64,000 nt of DNA from the IMG/VR virus record IMGVR_UViG_3300011989_000257, positions 348,515 through 412,514 of that record. The stretch is one strand, 5' to 3'. A program made the translations under genes and the position numbers. The notes beneath the pieces were generated by a model. The model did no database searches, was not told the DNA's origin, and saw only the letters and a list, made by a program, of their open reading frames with translations. Source of the stretch: a virus. Its lineage: Duplodnaviria; Caudoviricetes. Within the stretch, counting starts at the first letter, position 1. Each line of letters opens with the position of its first letter. This document shows, in pieces, positions 21,670 through 30,726 of this stretch.

Positions 21670-22446
21670 TTAGAATAAATTCTTAAAATAACGATTGGTC
21701 TTAGCCATAACTGAGCGTTCCCAATCTTTTTCAATTTTTTTGTTCGCCAAATTTAGACTATAAGCGTATTTCTTTGTTTTTCCATTTGCATCTTTGCCAT
21801 AGTCATCAATTACAGTGTACTTGCTGAGATATTTATTATTCTCCTTCCAATCAAAATATCCCTTATCTTTTATTTCTTCCCTTGATGGTGAACAAGCCTC
21901 ACAAATTTTCTTGGTAATCTGTAACAATACATCTGGCTTATCAATTATCATTTTCTTCAATACTTCATGTTCGAATGATAATCTCCCATCATTTGCCTTA
22001 AAAAACGACTCCTTATCATACGAGAATGACTGGCCTTCCTTATTAGTTACCTTGACGTTTTTATTGCTAAGGTCAACTTTATCACGAATAAACTTAGGAT
22101 AAGCATATCCGTCCCAAATCCTAGTGATTACATCCCTTTTATTATCCGATATTACAATCTTGAATGTGCAAACCCAAGGGTCAAGTGGCTTCCCTGCAAA
22201 TTCTTCAAATGCGTCTTTTTCATTGGGATTAAAATAACACCATGTATAAACACGACTTTTAGACTTCAAGTCATCGTCAATCAACTTCACAATACCATCA
22301 ACAGTTTCCTTGAACTCCAATGTATTCATACTGTTTTCAATGAAATTGAAAATTCTGAAATTTCTTTTACAAATAATGTTATCATTTACATAGATTGTAA
22401 ATTCAAATCTCTCTTCTTTGTAATCCTTAGTTTCTTTAGTTTCCAT
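21670..22446 (-). CDS. Hypothetical protein
   Basis: 258 aa ORF with its own host-type promoter. Confidence 0.75.
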   Translation of the reverse strand: METKETKDYKEERFEFTIYVNDNIICKRNFRIFNFIENSMNTLEFKETVDGIVKLIDDDLKSKSRVYTWCYFNPNEKDAFEEFAGKPLDPWVCTFKIVISDNKRDVITRIWDGYAYPKFIRDKVDLSNKNVKVTNKEGQSFSYDKESFFKANDGRLSFEHEVLKKMIIDKPDVLLQITKKICEACSPSREEIKDKGYFDWKENNKYLSKYTVIDDYGKDANGKTKKYAYSLNLANKKIEKDWERSVMAKTNRYFKNLF

Positions 22447-22492
22447 AAATTAAAAATTGTTAAAAGTTAAACATATTTGTTAAATTGTGTTG

Positions 22493-22524
22493 CAAAGATA
22501 TATAAAATTTGTTAAAATTCCAAA
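22493..22524 (-). promoter_or_regulatory. Bacteroidota sigmaA-type promoter
   Basis: TTTG-N20-TATCTTTG on the minus strand. Confidence 0.8.
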
Positions 22525-22525
22525 T

Positions 22526-22795
22526 TTAAAGACCAAAATGTTTAAAAAAAGGCTTAACTAAAACTGAACCACGAAATAAGCAATTACTAAAGCAATTTGG
22601 TATAGTTTCGTATTTATCCAATATTATTGTAATATCATTAATTCTTCCTTCATCTGCCAATTTTATTAATTTCTTTACTCGTGTCTTGTCATTTCTAACA
22701 TTTGGAAAATAATAAAGAATCAATGTTACTTTCCTATATAACATGTAATTGGATTTTATATTTTTCTTTAAGAACTTACTTAACTCTTCAATCAT
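22526..22795 (-). CDS. Hypothetical protein (paralog-like of 22792..23127)
   Basis: Shares YYFPN motif with its neighbour; 4-nt overlap. Confidence 0.7.
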   Translation of the reverse strand: MIEELSKFLKKNIKSNYMLYRKVTLILYYFPNVRNDKTRVKKLIKLADEGRINDITIILDKYETIPNCFSNCLFRGSVLVKPFFKHFGL

Positions 22796-23127
22796 AGATT
22801 AAAATGCTTAAAAATATCGTCAATTGAAATATATCTAGTCTCATCCCATGAATTGGGAACAAATTCTCTGCCATTAATTTTTTCATACACTTTGTCAAAA
22901 ATCTTACATCTTGGGTCTTCATTTCTTAGGTATATGTATGTTTCGTCTGCATACTCCATTGCAGTTTCGAAATCATCTAATGATATGCCATATAATATAT
23001 TGGGGAAATAATATACCAATATTTTAGTCCTATTGTACTTCTTAAAATCCTTATTCTTTAATAGCCTTTTCAGATAATTCCTTAGCCATTCACATTTATT
23101 AATCTCAATTCTTTTCTCTAGCTGCAT
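22792..23127 (-). CDS. Hypothetical protein
   Basis: 111 aa, overlaps both neighbours. Confidence 0.7.
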   Translation of the reverse strand: MQLEKRIEINKCEWLRNYLKRLLKNKDFKKYNRTKILVYYFPNILYGISLDDFETAMEYADETYIYLRNEDPRCKIFDKVYEKINGREFVPNSWDETRYISIDDIFKHFNL

Positions 23128-24274
23128 AATCTCTAAATCTTTTGTTTTCCATCATCTGTATTCTATCAAACGGTTCTAAAATACTACCGAACTTATCCTC
23201 ATCAAGAATATCATTCACTTTGTTCTCACTTACTATTTTGTAAATATTCTTTATACTCCTATCAGATGTATCCATTGGAGCATGGAATTCATCATCCATT
23301 GTTTGTTTCGCTTCATCGGTCAATAGAGGCTCAGATAAATCTATTATCTTCTCATTAATCTCATATAATCTATTTCCTTGGCATCCATCTGTAACCCCAT
23401 TAATGATATTTTCAAGCGATTTGAGGGGTTTTTTCTTCTCTGCCTTCCTCTCATCAAGCAACTCCCTAGAACGCCTCATAATGAACTCCAAATCGATTTT
23501 TTCTTTCTCTATCTCTGGAAATAACTTCCTCAATGTTTCACTACCAACACCCTTAACACCTTTAATGTTGTCGGATACATCACCACATATTATTTTCTCT
23601 AACACGACATTTTCCGATAAGATGCCTATTTCTTCTTTTGCGTTTTCCTTTGTGATAAACTTTCTTTTCCTTGGGTTATATATGATTACAGTATCAGAAA
23701 TAAGTTGTGTAAGGTCTTTATCTGATGAAACAATAACTATTTTTTCATCTTCTTTCTTGGAATGTACATAATAGCTTATAATATCATCGCCCTCCACATT
23801 CTCAAACTCATATTGTCTTATACAAAGTTCGTCCAATATTCTCTGGAGTATTTCCTTCTGTCTTGCAAAACTCTCTTCTTCACTTTCCTTGTCACATTTC
23901 TCCCTAGAATATTTCAGCACATTCCTCGTATAGTTCTCTATGTATTTGTCATAATCACTCTTATTTGGGTTATGTAATTCATAGTTCTTATCCCTATTTG
24001 CCTTATAATCTTTATAATATTGATACCTAAGAACACCACTACCTTCATCATCATATGCAACTATGCAATAGTCAAAATCTTTCTTTCTAAGTATATCGCC
24101 TATTAGTCTCAATGATGTTAATATTATGCCGTATTCCTTTCCGTCATTGTTCATCTTATGGTCAACAGATGCAATCTTCAAGATATTGTTTCCATCTATT
24201 AGTAATGTATATTTATACTTCTTTGTATCAATTTTATTTGCTTCAGCTACTCGTTTTCTAATTGGTTGTATCAT
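23105..24274 (-). CDS. 5'-3' exonuclease / RNase H (T4 rnh, PolI N-terminal-like)
   Basis: LLIDGN, YKANR, EGDD, SSDKDLTQ, GDVSDNIKGVKGVG. Confidence 0.9.
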   Translation of the reverse strand: MIQPIRKRVAEANKIDTKKYKYTLLIDGNNILKIASVDHKMNNDGKEYGIILTSLRLIGDILRKKDFDYCIVAYDDEGSGVLRYQYYKDYKANRDKNYELHNPNKSDYDKYIENYTRNVLKYSREKCDKESEEESFARQKEILQRILDELCIRQYEFENVEGDDIISYYVHSKKEDEKIVIVSSDKDLTQLISDTVIIYNPRKRKFITKENAKEEIGILSENVVLEKIICGDVSDNIKGVKGVGSETLRKLFPEIEKEKIDLEFIMRRSRELLDERKAEKKKPLKSLENIINGVTDGCQGNRLYEINEKIIDLSEPLLTDEAKQTMDDEFHAPMDTSDRSIKNIYKIVSENKVNDILDEDKFGSILEPFDRIQMMENKRFRDYAAREKN

Positions 24275-24635
24275 ATCTAACTACTCTTGTTGGTAAGTTT
24301 TTTTCAGTCATTATATCAATCATATGTTTTGTTCCTTTAGATTGCCCATCCCAAAATGCAATGAGGCCATCGGCAACCTCTGCCATTTGTTCATTACGTC
24401 TATATCCTGCTCGTTTTCCATACTTATCCCATTGTGCTGGATAAATCTCCATTGAGAATCCCTCATCTTGAGCATACTTCTCTCCCAATAGGTCTGCTCC
24501 ACGTGCATGACCACTTACGATGATAATATCGCAAGTCTTTCTCTTATCACGTAAGTACTTATTACACTGCTCTTTAAGTAGTTTATAATTACTAAAACCA
24601 CGAGAGCCTGCGATAATCACTTTAAAATTATCCAT
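24258..24635 (-). CDS. SLOG-superfamily (YspA/DUF2493-like) protein
   Basis: VIIAGSR, SGHARGAD, AGYRRNEQM, AFWDGQSKGT. Confidence 0.85.
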   Translation of the reverse strand: MDNFKVIIAGSRGFSNYKLLKEQCNKYLRDKRKTCDIIIVSGHARGADLLGEKYAQDEGFSMEIYPAQWDKYGKRAGYRRNEQMAEVADGLIAFWDGQSKGTKHMIDIMTEKNLPTRVVRYDTTN

Positions 24636-24655
24636 TCATCTATTATAATTTAATG

Positions 24656-24687
24656 CAAAGATATACAAAAAATGTTAAATTTCCAAA
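24656..24687 (-). promoter_or_regulatory. Bacteroidota sigmaA-type promoter
   Basis: TTTG-N20-TATCTTTG. Confidence 0.8.
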
Positions 24688-24724
24688 TAAAATTAATATT
24701 TATTGTTAAAAATATTTTTTTAAA

Positions 24725-26002
24725 ATGAACATAAATATTACAGAAAACCAATATAACAATCTTATAATAAATGAAGCAGAAAACGTTGCATATAACAGAA
24801 GTAATGCTAAAGAACCTAATTTAAAAGCTATTTGGGCTGCAATTGATTCAAAACAAAAAATGCTTCAACAAGAAGTATTTGGTGAACTTAGTGAGAAAAT
24901 ATATGACATCACTATGGAAAAGGCTAAGTCAATGGGCGAGGAATATATGCAAATACCCAATAACATTTGTAATGCTGGTAATGACAAATTACCATCTAGT
25001 GTGCTTATAATAAATATGTCATCATCATTAATGTGTCCTTCATATTATTTAGGCATATGTACAATCACAAATGGCGCTTGTTATGCGCAAAGAGCAGAAA
25101 ATCAATATTCAGCAAAAGGTAAATCTAGTGTGTTGACCAATAGATGGAAAACTGACTTAATGCACACACAAATGTTGCAACAATATCAGCACGGAAACAA
25201 AAAACCAATGAAAGATTATTTTAATCTGATTGAAACATATATACAACTTGGTAATGCATATTCAGAAAACCTTTACAAAAAAGAACTTCAACGAATGCAA
25301 CTAAGATTAGGAAGAGAATTGACACAACAAGAAAAAAATTTTCTAAGAATACAACAATCAGAAAATAAGATAACTGATGTACGTATCAATGAAACAGGTG
25401 ATTTCCAATGCCAACTTGCAGTTGACCTATGGAGTAAATTTGCTGCAAAAATAAAGAAAAAATATGGTATAAACACACATGCATATACAGCTAGAAACCT
25501 AGATTTTTCAAAAGCAGTTGGAAATATGGCAATAAACCCTTCACACGAAGGAATTAATCTAGGAAATGTACAGCCTAGAATGTTCAAAGCAGTTGGGGAA
25601 AAATTCTACAATAGTTTACAAGGTGGAGACCAAGTTAAAAACAGACAACCTATACTAGGTGAAATTAACGGTAAATTCTTCTATAAGTGCCCTTGCAGCA
25701 GAGGTGAAACACACTGTGACCAATGTGGTGTATGCTTCGCAAAAAATCAAACAGGAAAGCCATATACAATATATGTCAAATATCATGGATTAATTGCTGC
25801 AAATGGTTTTAAAAACTTATTCAAAAAAGATGAAATAGAAAATGTAATAGAGAAACTTTATCAAAATGGTTGGATAACAGAAGAAGAATATAAATCATAC
25901 AATTCTCCAAAACAACAAAACTTCTTGAACAAAATATCAGCAAACATAGAAAAACAACGAAATCAAAAGGTAAAGACAAAAAGAAAAAAGGCTAAGAAAT
26001 AA
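24725..26002 (+). CDS. GP88-like Cys-rich (radical-SAM-like) protein with N-terminal leader
   Basis: GNDKL...CPS...C...CYA, RINETGDF, AYT, CPC...CDQCGVC pattern resembling the phage GP88 family. Confidence 0.65.
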   Translation: MNINITENQYNNLIINEAENVAYNRSNAKEPNLKAIWAAIDSKQKMLQQEVFGELSEKIYDITMEKAKSMGEEYMQIPNNICNAGNDKLPSSVLIINMSSSLMCPSYYLGICTITNGACYAQRAENQYSAKGKSSVLTNRWKTDLMHTQMLQQYQHGNKKPMKDYFNLIETYIQLGNAYSENLYKKELQRMQLRLGRELTQQEKNFLRIQQSENKITDVRINETGDFQCQLAVDLWSKFAAKIKKKYGINTHAYTARNLDFSKAVGNMAINPSHEGINLGNVQPRMFKAVGEKFYNSLQGGDQVKNRQPILGEINGKFFYKCPCSRGETHCDQCGVCFAKNQTGKPYTIYVKYHGLIAANGFKNLFKKDEIENVIEKLYQNGWITEEEYKSYNSPKQQNFLNKISANIEKQRNQKVKTKRKKAKK

Positions 26003-26013
26003 TCTTAGCCTTT
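25987..26013. terminator. Bidirectional terminator
   Basis: aaaggctaaga...tcttagccttt between convergent genes. Confidence 0.7.
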
Positions 26014-26030
26014 ATATTTTTCATCAAATT

Positions 26031-26210
26031 TTAAAACTCCCAGCCAAGCCATTGCTTTTTACCATGACCGCCAACCTCATCATCACCAATCTTTTTGTTC
26101 TTGATGCGAAGCCACTTATTCATCTGCTTTTTAGCCCATTTGTAGGACTTGCGCTTACGTCTCTTCTCAGAGTACATATAAGGCTCTAACTGTTCTCTAA
26201 ATAATGCCAT
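26031..26210 (-). CDS. Small basic hypothetical protein (59 aa)
   Basis: Hand-translated MALFREQLEPYMYSEKRRKRKSYKW...; starts 1 nt after the upstream stop. Confidence 0.6.
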   Translation of the reverse strand: MALFREQLEPYMYSEKRRKRKSYKWAKKQMNKWLRIKNKKIGDDEVGGHGKKQWLGWEF

Positions 26211-26211
26211 A

Positions 26212-26448
26212 TTATTTCTTTTTTCTTAAGTCAACAAACTTTATCCTCTCATTCTTAGGATTTGTGTTTGTAAGCTTCACAACAATATTGTCATTACACT
26301 TCTGTGCATCCATTGGAGGAAAAACAATAGGACGATACTGCACGTCTGTATTCAATGCAGAAAAAAACTCAGATAAATTAACTCCTACACTGCCACTGTC
26401 AAGTCTAATACCATGACATAGAGGCAATAAACATAATATCTTTTCCAT
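26212..26448 (-). CDS. Hypothetical protein
   Basis: Likely start MEKILC just downstream of the promoter at 26470-26500. Confidence 0.55.
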   Translation of the reverse strand: MEKILCLLPLCHGIRLDSGSVGVNLSEFFSALNTDVQYRPIVFPPMDAQKCNDNIVVKLTNTNPKNERIKFVDLRKKK

Positions 26449-26469
26449 TTTTTTTAATTTTTTGCATTG

Positions 26470-26517
26470 CAAATGTACGAAAAAAAGTTGGATTAACAAA
26501 ATTCTAATCCAACTTTT
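26470..26517 (-). promoter_or_regulatory. Fused terminator hairpin and sigmaA-type promoter
   Basis: TTTG-N19-TACATTTG overlapping inverted repeat aaaagttggatta/taatccaactttt. Confidence 0.75.
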
Positions 26518-26525
26518 AACATTTA

Positions 26526-27677
26526 TTATCTCCAATACATCCCTAAAGGTTTATTCTTCAAAACCCTAATAAGTTGTTCGTTTAGGTCTCCTTGGTTCTT
26601 CATTAGATTCCAAGGAAGCATCCTTTCCAACCTCTCCTTTAAGTCATTAAGAACAGCCTCCTTCTCAGACTTTCCTTGCTCAAGGAAAATAGAATAGTCC
26701 AATTTCATCTCAGCTTGCGGTATTTTAACCTCACCACTAGCATAACCACGAATATTTCCAAGCAGTATCTTAGCCTCTGCAACAAGCAAACGTCTTATAA
26801 TCTGCTGTGTTGGATAGTTCATCAATTCATATTTCATCTTATCCAACGGAACTTGGTCTGGGGTTATAATTACATCGTCCTTGTTCTCTATCATACAAAG
26901 GTCTGCGTCTTCAGCACTGCCACTCACATCATAGTATGTATACCAAACATAGCAATTAGCATACTTATTCCACCCCCAAGTATCATCAGCAGCAATACCG
27001 CCAACCATATTTGGAGAACCAGGAACGGACATTAAGTGTACTAAATGCGTACCTTCTGGTCCCGCTGTTACTTTGTAAGCCAAATCGCCTCTAAGTAATG
27101 AGTTCTTAAATTTCAAGTCAACTGACATGAGAGCTGTATCATATGCAGAACCTACATAGAAGCCTGTTATGCCCATGCCATTTCCCATATTTCCATATTG
27201 ACCAAAACCACCACCGATTCCTGTATCAAGCGTACCTAGATTACCATACAATGCTGCCTTAGTAGTAGAAGGTGTAACATACATTACTTTATTAATTTCT
27301 CTTCCTGCAGGTATTACATATACTTGTTTCCCTCTTTCTACTTGGAAGAAATCTTTTTTAAGTTCATAATTCCCACGTTGTTGTAACCCAACTTCTCTAC
27401 TAAACCAATATGAATAATCACGTGACCAATCCATTGTACGGACTGTCATAGCATATGCTAATTCGTTTGCGTTTTGGAACTGTATTTGGTTTTTACTTTG
27501 TAAATTAAGCCATTGTGTCTCAAGAACCCAATTCTGCACCTTTTCAGCATAATCACCTATTGCAATATCTAGTAAATCACACAATTGTTCATCTTCAAGT
27601 TGAACAGGACGTATTGGAGCACCCATTGTTGTTCTAACCAATTTAAACAAATGTTTTAAGTCTTCAGTTAATACCAT
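26526..27677 (-). CDS. Neck protein (T4 gp13-like)
   Basis: MGAPIRPVQLEDEQL..L..AI..Y N-terminus and LG.IRG..SG...P C-terminus resemble the gp13 family; late-type motif upstream. Confidence 0.7.
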   Translation of the reverse strand: MVLTEDLKHLFKLVRTTMGAPIRPVQLEDEQLCDLLDIAIGDYAEKVQNWVLETQWLNLQSKNQIQFQNANELAYAMTVRTMDWSRDYSYWFSREVGLQQRGNYELKKDFFQVERGKQVYVIPAGREINKVMYVTPSTTKAALYGNLGTLDTGIGGGFGQYGNMGNGMGITGFYVGSAYDTALMSVDLKFKNSLLRGDLAYKVTAGPEGTHLVHLMSVPGSPNMVGGIAADDTWGWNKYANCYVWYTYYDVSGSAEDADLCMIENKDDVIITPDQVPLDKMKYELMNYPTQQIIRRLLVAEAKILLGNIRGYASGEVKIPQAEMKLDYSIFLEQGKSEKEAVLNDLKERLERMLPWNLMKNQGDLNEQLIRVLKNKPLGMYWR

Positions 27678-27717
27678 AGTTTTTTTTTTAATATTTACTA
27701 TAAATATTTACCAAATA

Positions 27718-27749
27718 AAAAAAGCAGCAAGATTTCTATTGCTGCTTTT
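27718..27749 (-). terminator. Intrinsic terminator
   Basis: aaaagcagcaa...ttgctgctttt. Confidence 0.75.
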
Positions 27750-27921
27750 ATGTTTCTTCGTTTATTTCTTCTTCAGCTTCTCGTTTTATGAAAAGCCTCA
27801 TATATTTTTTTCTCCATTTGCTCCACATATGCTGTCTATCAGACTTATAATCCCTTTCACCTAGAAATGAATAAGACCTAAACGCATATTTAGTTTTTCT
27901 TTTCATTGGAAACCTTTTCAT
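27748..27921 (-). CDS. Small hypothetical protein (~57 aa)
   Basis: Hand-translated MKRFPMKRKTKYAFRSYSFLGERDY...; fills the gap before the terminator. Confidence 0.5.
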   Translation of the reverse strand: MKRFPMKRKTKYAFRSYSFLGERDYKSDRQHMWSKWRKKYMRLFIKREAEEEINEET

Positions 27922-28153
27922 ACCTTAATCTATGATTTGCCCTTATTTTACGTATTACTTCATCATGACTCATTCCATAATGCCGTGTAAATTCTCGTTC
28001 TGCTCTACAATCTTCTCTGATAAAGTTTTCAAACTTGAAATTATCTGACCAAGAATTATAATATTCCCATTTCTGTAATTCTCCTTTACACCACTCATCA
28101 GAATCTATCCCATAAGAATTTGCTATTCTCTTAATTTCATCAAGTAGTTCCAT
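27890..28153 (-). CDS. Hypothetical protein
   Basis: 87 aa ORF overlapping neighbours. Confidence 0.65.
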   Translation of the reverse strand: MELLDEIKRIANSYGIDSDEWCKGELQKWEYYNSWSDNFKFENFIREDCRAEREFTRHYGMSHDEVIRKIRANHRLRYEKVSNEKKN

Positions 28154-28535
28154 TTTTTATGTGCTCCATTTTTTCCTTAATCAATCTTCTCTGTAATTTC
28201 TTTGCAATTATATCCCCATGACAAGGTTTTGGTTTGCAAAAGCATTGCAAGTAAACATCCTCTCCATTCTTATAATGCTTATATATTTCATCAAATGCCT
28301 TTGTGAATTCTTCATTATTTCCATACATCTTATCGAAGTATTTATCATAGGCTTCAATGGCTTCTTCCCTTGTTTTAAAAGTAAGTGTTTTGAATACGCT
28401 TCTAACCCCATTATGGGAAAATGGATTGCCTAATGGACTACCTCTGCCTATATAGAAATTGTTAGGCTTATTTGTAAAATCTTCTTGATGACTATTATAA
28501 ACGTATATCATTCCTTTGTCTTTGTTAATTTCCAC
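28140..28535 (-). CDS. DUF4326-family protein
   Basis: YIGRGSPLGNPF...LQCFCKPKPCHGDII. Confidence 0.85.
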   Translation of the reverse strand: MEINKDKGMIYVYNSHQEDFTNKPNNFYIGRGSPLGNPFSHNGVRSVFKTLTFKTREEAIEAYDKYFDKMYGNNEEFTKAFDEIYKHYKNGEDVYLQCFCKPKPCHGDIIAKKLQRRLIKEKMEHIKNGTT

Positions 28536-29011
28536 TTATTATATGATAAAGCATCCCAAGGAGAAAGATACTTGTTATAGTTTGAGATATTTCCCTTAAT
28601 AAATTCATGCCATTTTTTTATAAGTCTTAAAGTCCAATATCGTTTATATCCAATTTTACTTGGAATCTCGGCATTCTCTCTCTCAAGGTATCTATTTTTC
28701 TTTTTTGTCGTACCTATAATTGATGGCATGTAATACAAAAGGTATCTCATAAAAGATGAAAGAGAAGTACAATATGATGATTCCCCATACTTACCAAGAT
28801 GATTGGCTGTATAAACGGTGTTATGCATGATTCTTTCAGCAAAAGTATTCTCAATTTCATGCACTTCTTTCTTTTCATCAATTCGCTTTCTCCACAAATA
28901 TTCATTTTGCTTATTTCGTACATTGATACGTATTTCAGTCATCAAAGCTAATCTCTCATTTGGTGTAACTCCGTTTTTTAGGAATAATTTAAATACTTCA
29001 GTAGGTGTCAT
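28508..29011 (-). CDS. Hypothetical basic protein
   Basis: 167 aa; N-terminus similar to its neighbour. Confidence 0.7.
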   Translation of the reverse strand: MTPTEVFKLFLKNGVTPNERLALMTEIRINVRNKQNEYLWRKRIDEKKEVHEIENTFAERIMHNTVYTANHLGKYGESSYCTSLSSFMRYLLYYMPSIIGTTKKKNRYLERENAEIPSKIGYKRYWTLRLIKKWHEFIKGNISNYNKYLSPWDALSYNKWKLTKTKE

Positions 29012-29490
29012 TTAATTTTTAATTTAAATTTATAGTTTTCTCCCTTTTTAAAAGGACTGTTGAATTTTTTATTGCTTTCTATATTTTCTTTTAAGAACTG
29101 TTTCCATTTTCTTTTATAGTAGTTTACATACATGCCACTATTCCAACTTTTGAAAATACATGGTCTATAAAAAGGTTCATACTCATCATACACCAAATAT
29201 CTCCTCCCTTCATTACGTTTATTAAAATCAATCTTGATAGATTTCCATCTAGGGTTTTCATAACGTTTTAGAGTTAAGTTAGGCGCAAGTATGAATAACC
29301 TAGTCATGTAGTTGTTTAAAGCCCTTCCATTCCTAGATAGATAATCTTCAACAAACGTTGAAGTGTACAGTGGTCTTTTCCTAAAATATTTATTGCCATT
29401 GTCCTTCAATATAATGTGTTTGAAAAACCTCATTTCCTCAATGGTACAACATTCCTTAAAGAAAAGAAATAATACTTGTGTAGCTGTCAT
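29008..29490 (-). CDS. Hypothetical basic protein
   Basis: 160 aa; host-type promoter upstream. Confidence 0.7.
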   Translation of the reverse strand: MTATQVLFLFFKECCTIEEMRFFKHIILKDNGNKYFRKRPLYTSTFVEDYLSRNGRALNNYMTRLFILAPNLTLKRYENPRWKSIKIDFNKRNEGRRYLVYDEYEPFYRPCIFKSWNSGMYVNYYKRKWKQFLKENIESNKKFNSPFKKGENYKFKLKIK

Positions 29491-29507
29491 TAATATTACT
29501 TTTTAAG

Positions 29508-29539
29508 CAAAGATATATAAAAAAAACATAAATAACAAA
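29508..29539 (-). promoter_or_regulatory. Bacteroidota sigmaA-type promoter
   Basis: TTTG-N20-TATCTTTG. Confidence 0.8.
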
Positions 29540-29541
29540 TT

Positions 29542-29712
29542 TTAGAATAAATTTTTATTTTCTTCTAAACTTTCATATAATTCTTTAACATCTTCCCTAG
29601 TTAACATAATATCATCAATATAATGCCCATACTTATCATACACTGTAAGCGTATAATTTCTCTCGTACTTATCGTACTTCAACTCGATTTTATCATTACT
29701 AATTATATCCAT
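29542..29712 (-). CDS. Small hypothetical protein (56 aa)
   Basis: Hand-translated MDIISNDKIELKYDKYERNY...; ATATTTAT motif upstream at 29730-29737. Confidence 0.6.
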   Translation of the reverse strand: MDIISNDKIELKYDKYERNYTLTVYDKYGHYIDDIMLTREDVKELYESLEENKNLF

Positions 29713-29755
29713 ATTACTTAATTTTTAGAATAAATATAACCATAATCCCAAAAAG

Positions 29756-29794
29756 AAAAATGCTGACCATCTTCACAGATAATCAGCATCTTTT
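29756..29794 (-). terminator. Long hairpin terminator ending the tRNA operon
   Basis: atgctgattatctgtgaagatggtcagcat followed by a T tract on the minus strand. Confidence 0.7.
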
Positions 29795-29853
29795 GTGGCA
29801 TATAAACCACTAAAACAACCTTTTAAATTTTATTTCTTATCCAAAAAAAAATC

Positions 29854-30057
29854 TTAATCCCAACCCCAAATCTCGTGAGACATTGGAAATCTCATAGACA
29901 TACGTTTCAACAGTTCATCCGTGAACCACTTCTTCTTACGGAAAAACCACTTAAACTTCTTATGGTCACTGCTCATTACATGTGCCCTCCAACTCTTCTT
30001 ATGCGGCATCTTATGCCAAAACCTTTTGGGGGTATTGTATTTCTTACCTTTTGACAT
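29854..30057 (-). CDS. Small basic hypothetical protein
   Basis: 67 aa, K/R/W-rich, downstream of tRNA-Gln. Confidence 0.6.
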   Translation of the reverse strand: MSKGKKYNTPKRFWHKMPHKKSWRAHVMSSDHKKFKWFFRKKKWFTDELLKRMSMRFPMSHEIWGWD

Positions 30058-30086
30058 ATTGCTATTATATATGCGTATATAAACAG

Positions 30087-30157
30087 TTGGGGTAGTAGGA
30101 TTCGAACCTACTCAAACAGCTCCAAAAACTGTTGTGCTACCATTACACCATACCCCA
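30087..30157 (-). tRNA. tRNA-Gln(TTG)
   Basis: Cloverleaf: acceptor TGGGGTA/TACCCCA, anticodon arm ACAGT-TTTTGGA-GCTGT, T-loop TTCGAAT; CCA not encoded. Confidence 0.9.
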
Positions 30158-30257
30158 ATGTAATGGGCATTTGGGCAATACCATAATACCCATATAGCAT
30201 CCGTTTGTTCCAATTATAGCAGTTAGTAACGTGATTTAAACAACTCGCCAAACAAAG

Positions 30258-30341
30258 TACCCTCGGAGGGACTCGAACCCTCACGTATATTTCAACACCA
30301 CATCCTTAGTGTGGCCTCTATACCAATTCGAGTACGAGGGC
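30258..30341 (-). tRNA. tRNA-Leu(AAG)
   Basis: Acceptor GCCCTCG/CGAGGGT, anticodon arm CCACA-CTAAGGA-TGTGG, long variable arm, GGTTCGAGTCC, discriminator A. Confidence 0.9.
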
Positions 30342-30347
30342 ATATCA

Positions 30348-30548
30348 TTATATATTAAAAATCTCAACGAATTTCTTTCCCAAATCTGTTAATTCAAATG
30401 AGCCATTATTTTCCTTAATAACGCCAAGATTAGCAAGTCTTTCAACGTTATTTTCACCAATGACTTCTGACAGTTTATCAATATTTCCTATCCCATCAAT
30501 AATCATTGGCTCATGCATAATGGTTTTAAATGGGATGTACTTTTCCAT
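30348..30548 (-). CDS. Small hypothetical protein, possibly winged-helix
   Basis: 66 aa between tRNAs; LANLGVI...FELTDLG pattern. Confidence 0.55.
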   Translation of the reverse strand: MEKYIPFKTIMHEPMIIDGIGNIDKLSEVIGENNVERLANLGVIKENNGSFELTDLGKKFVEIFNI

Positions 30549-30549
30549 G

Positions 30550-30633
30550 TAGCTCTAGAGGGACTCGAACCCTCACGCCATCGCTGACACTTGATTTTGA
30601 GTCAAGCCTGTCTACCAATTCCAGCATAAAGCC
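30550..30633 (-). tRNA. tRNA-Leu(CAA)
   Basis: Anticodon arm CTTGA-CTCAAAA-TCAAG, long variable arm, GGTTCGAGTCC. Confidence 0.9.
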
Positions 30634-30680
30634 ATAAAAAATAAAATTGCATTATGAATTAAAATTATCAACTCATAATG

Positions 30681-30712
30681 CAAAGATATGAAAAAAAATT
30701 GAAATAACCAAA
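30681..30712 (-). promoter_or_regulatory. sigmaA-type promoter of the tRNA operon
   Basis: TTTG-N20-TATCTTTG. Confidence 0.8.
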
Positions 30713-30726
30713 TTTATTAATAAAAA

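Noticed and set aside
26526-27677. MVLTEDL (neck protein) and KVRLTEND (start 1725) as members of the leader family
   Set aside because: Only the LTE tripeptide matches; the downstream helix and closing (L/I)xE are not evident.
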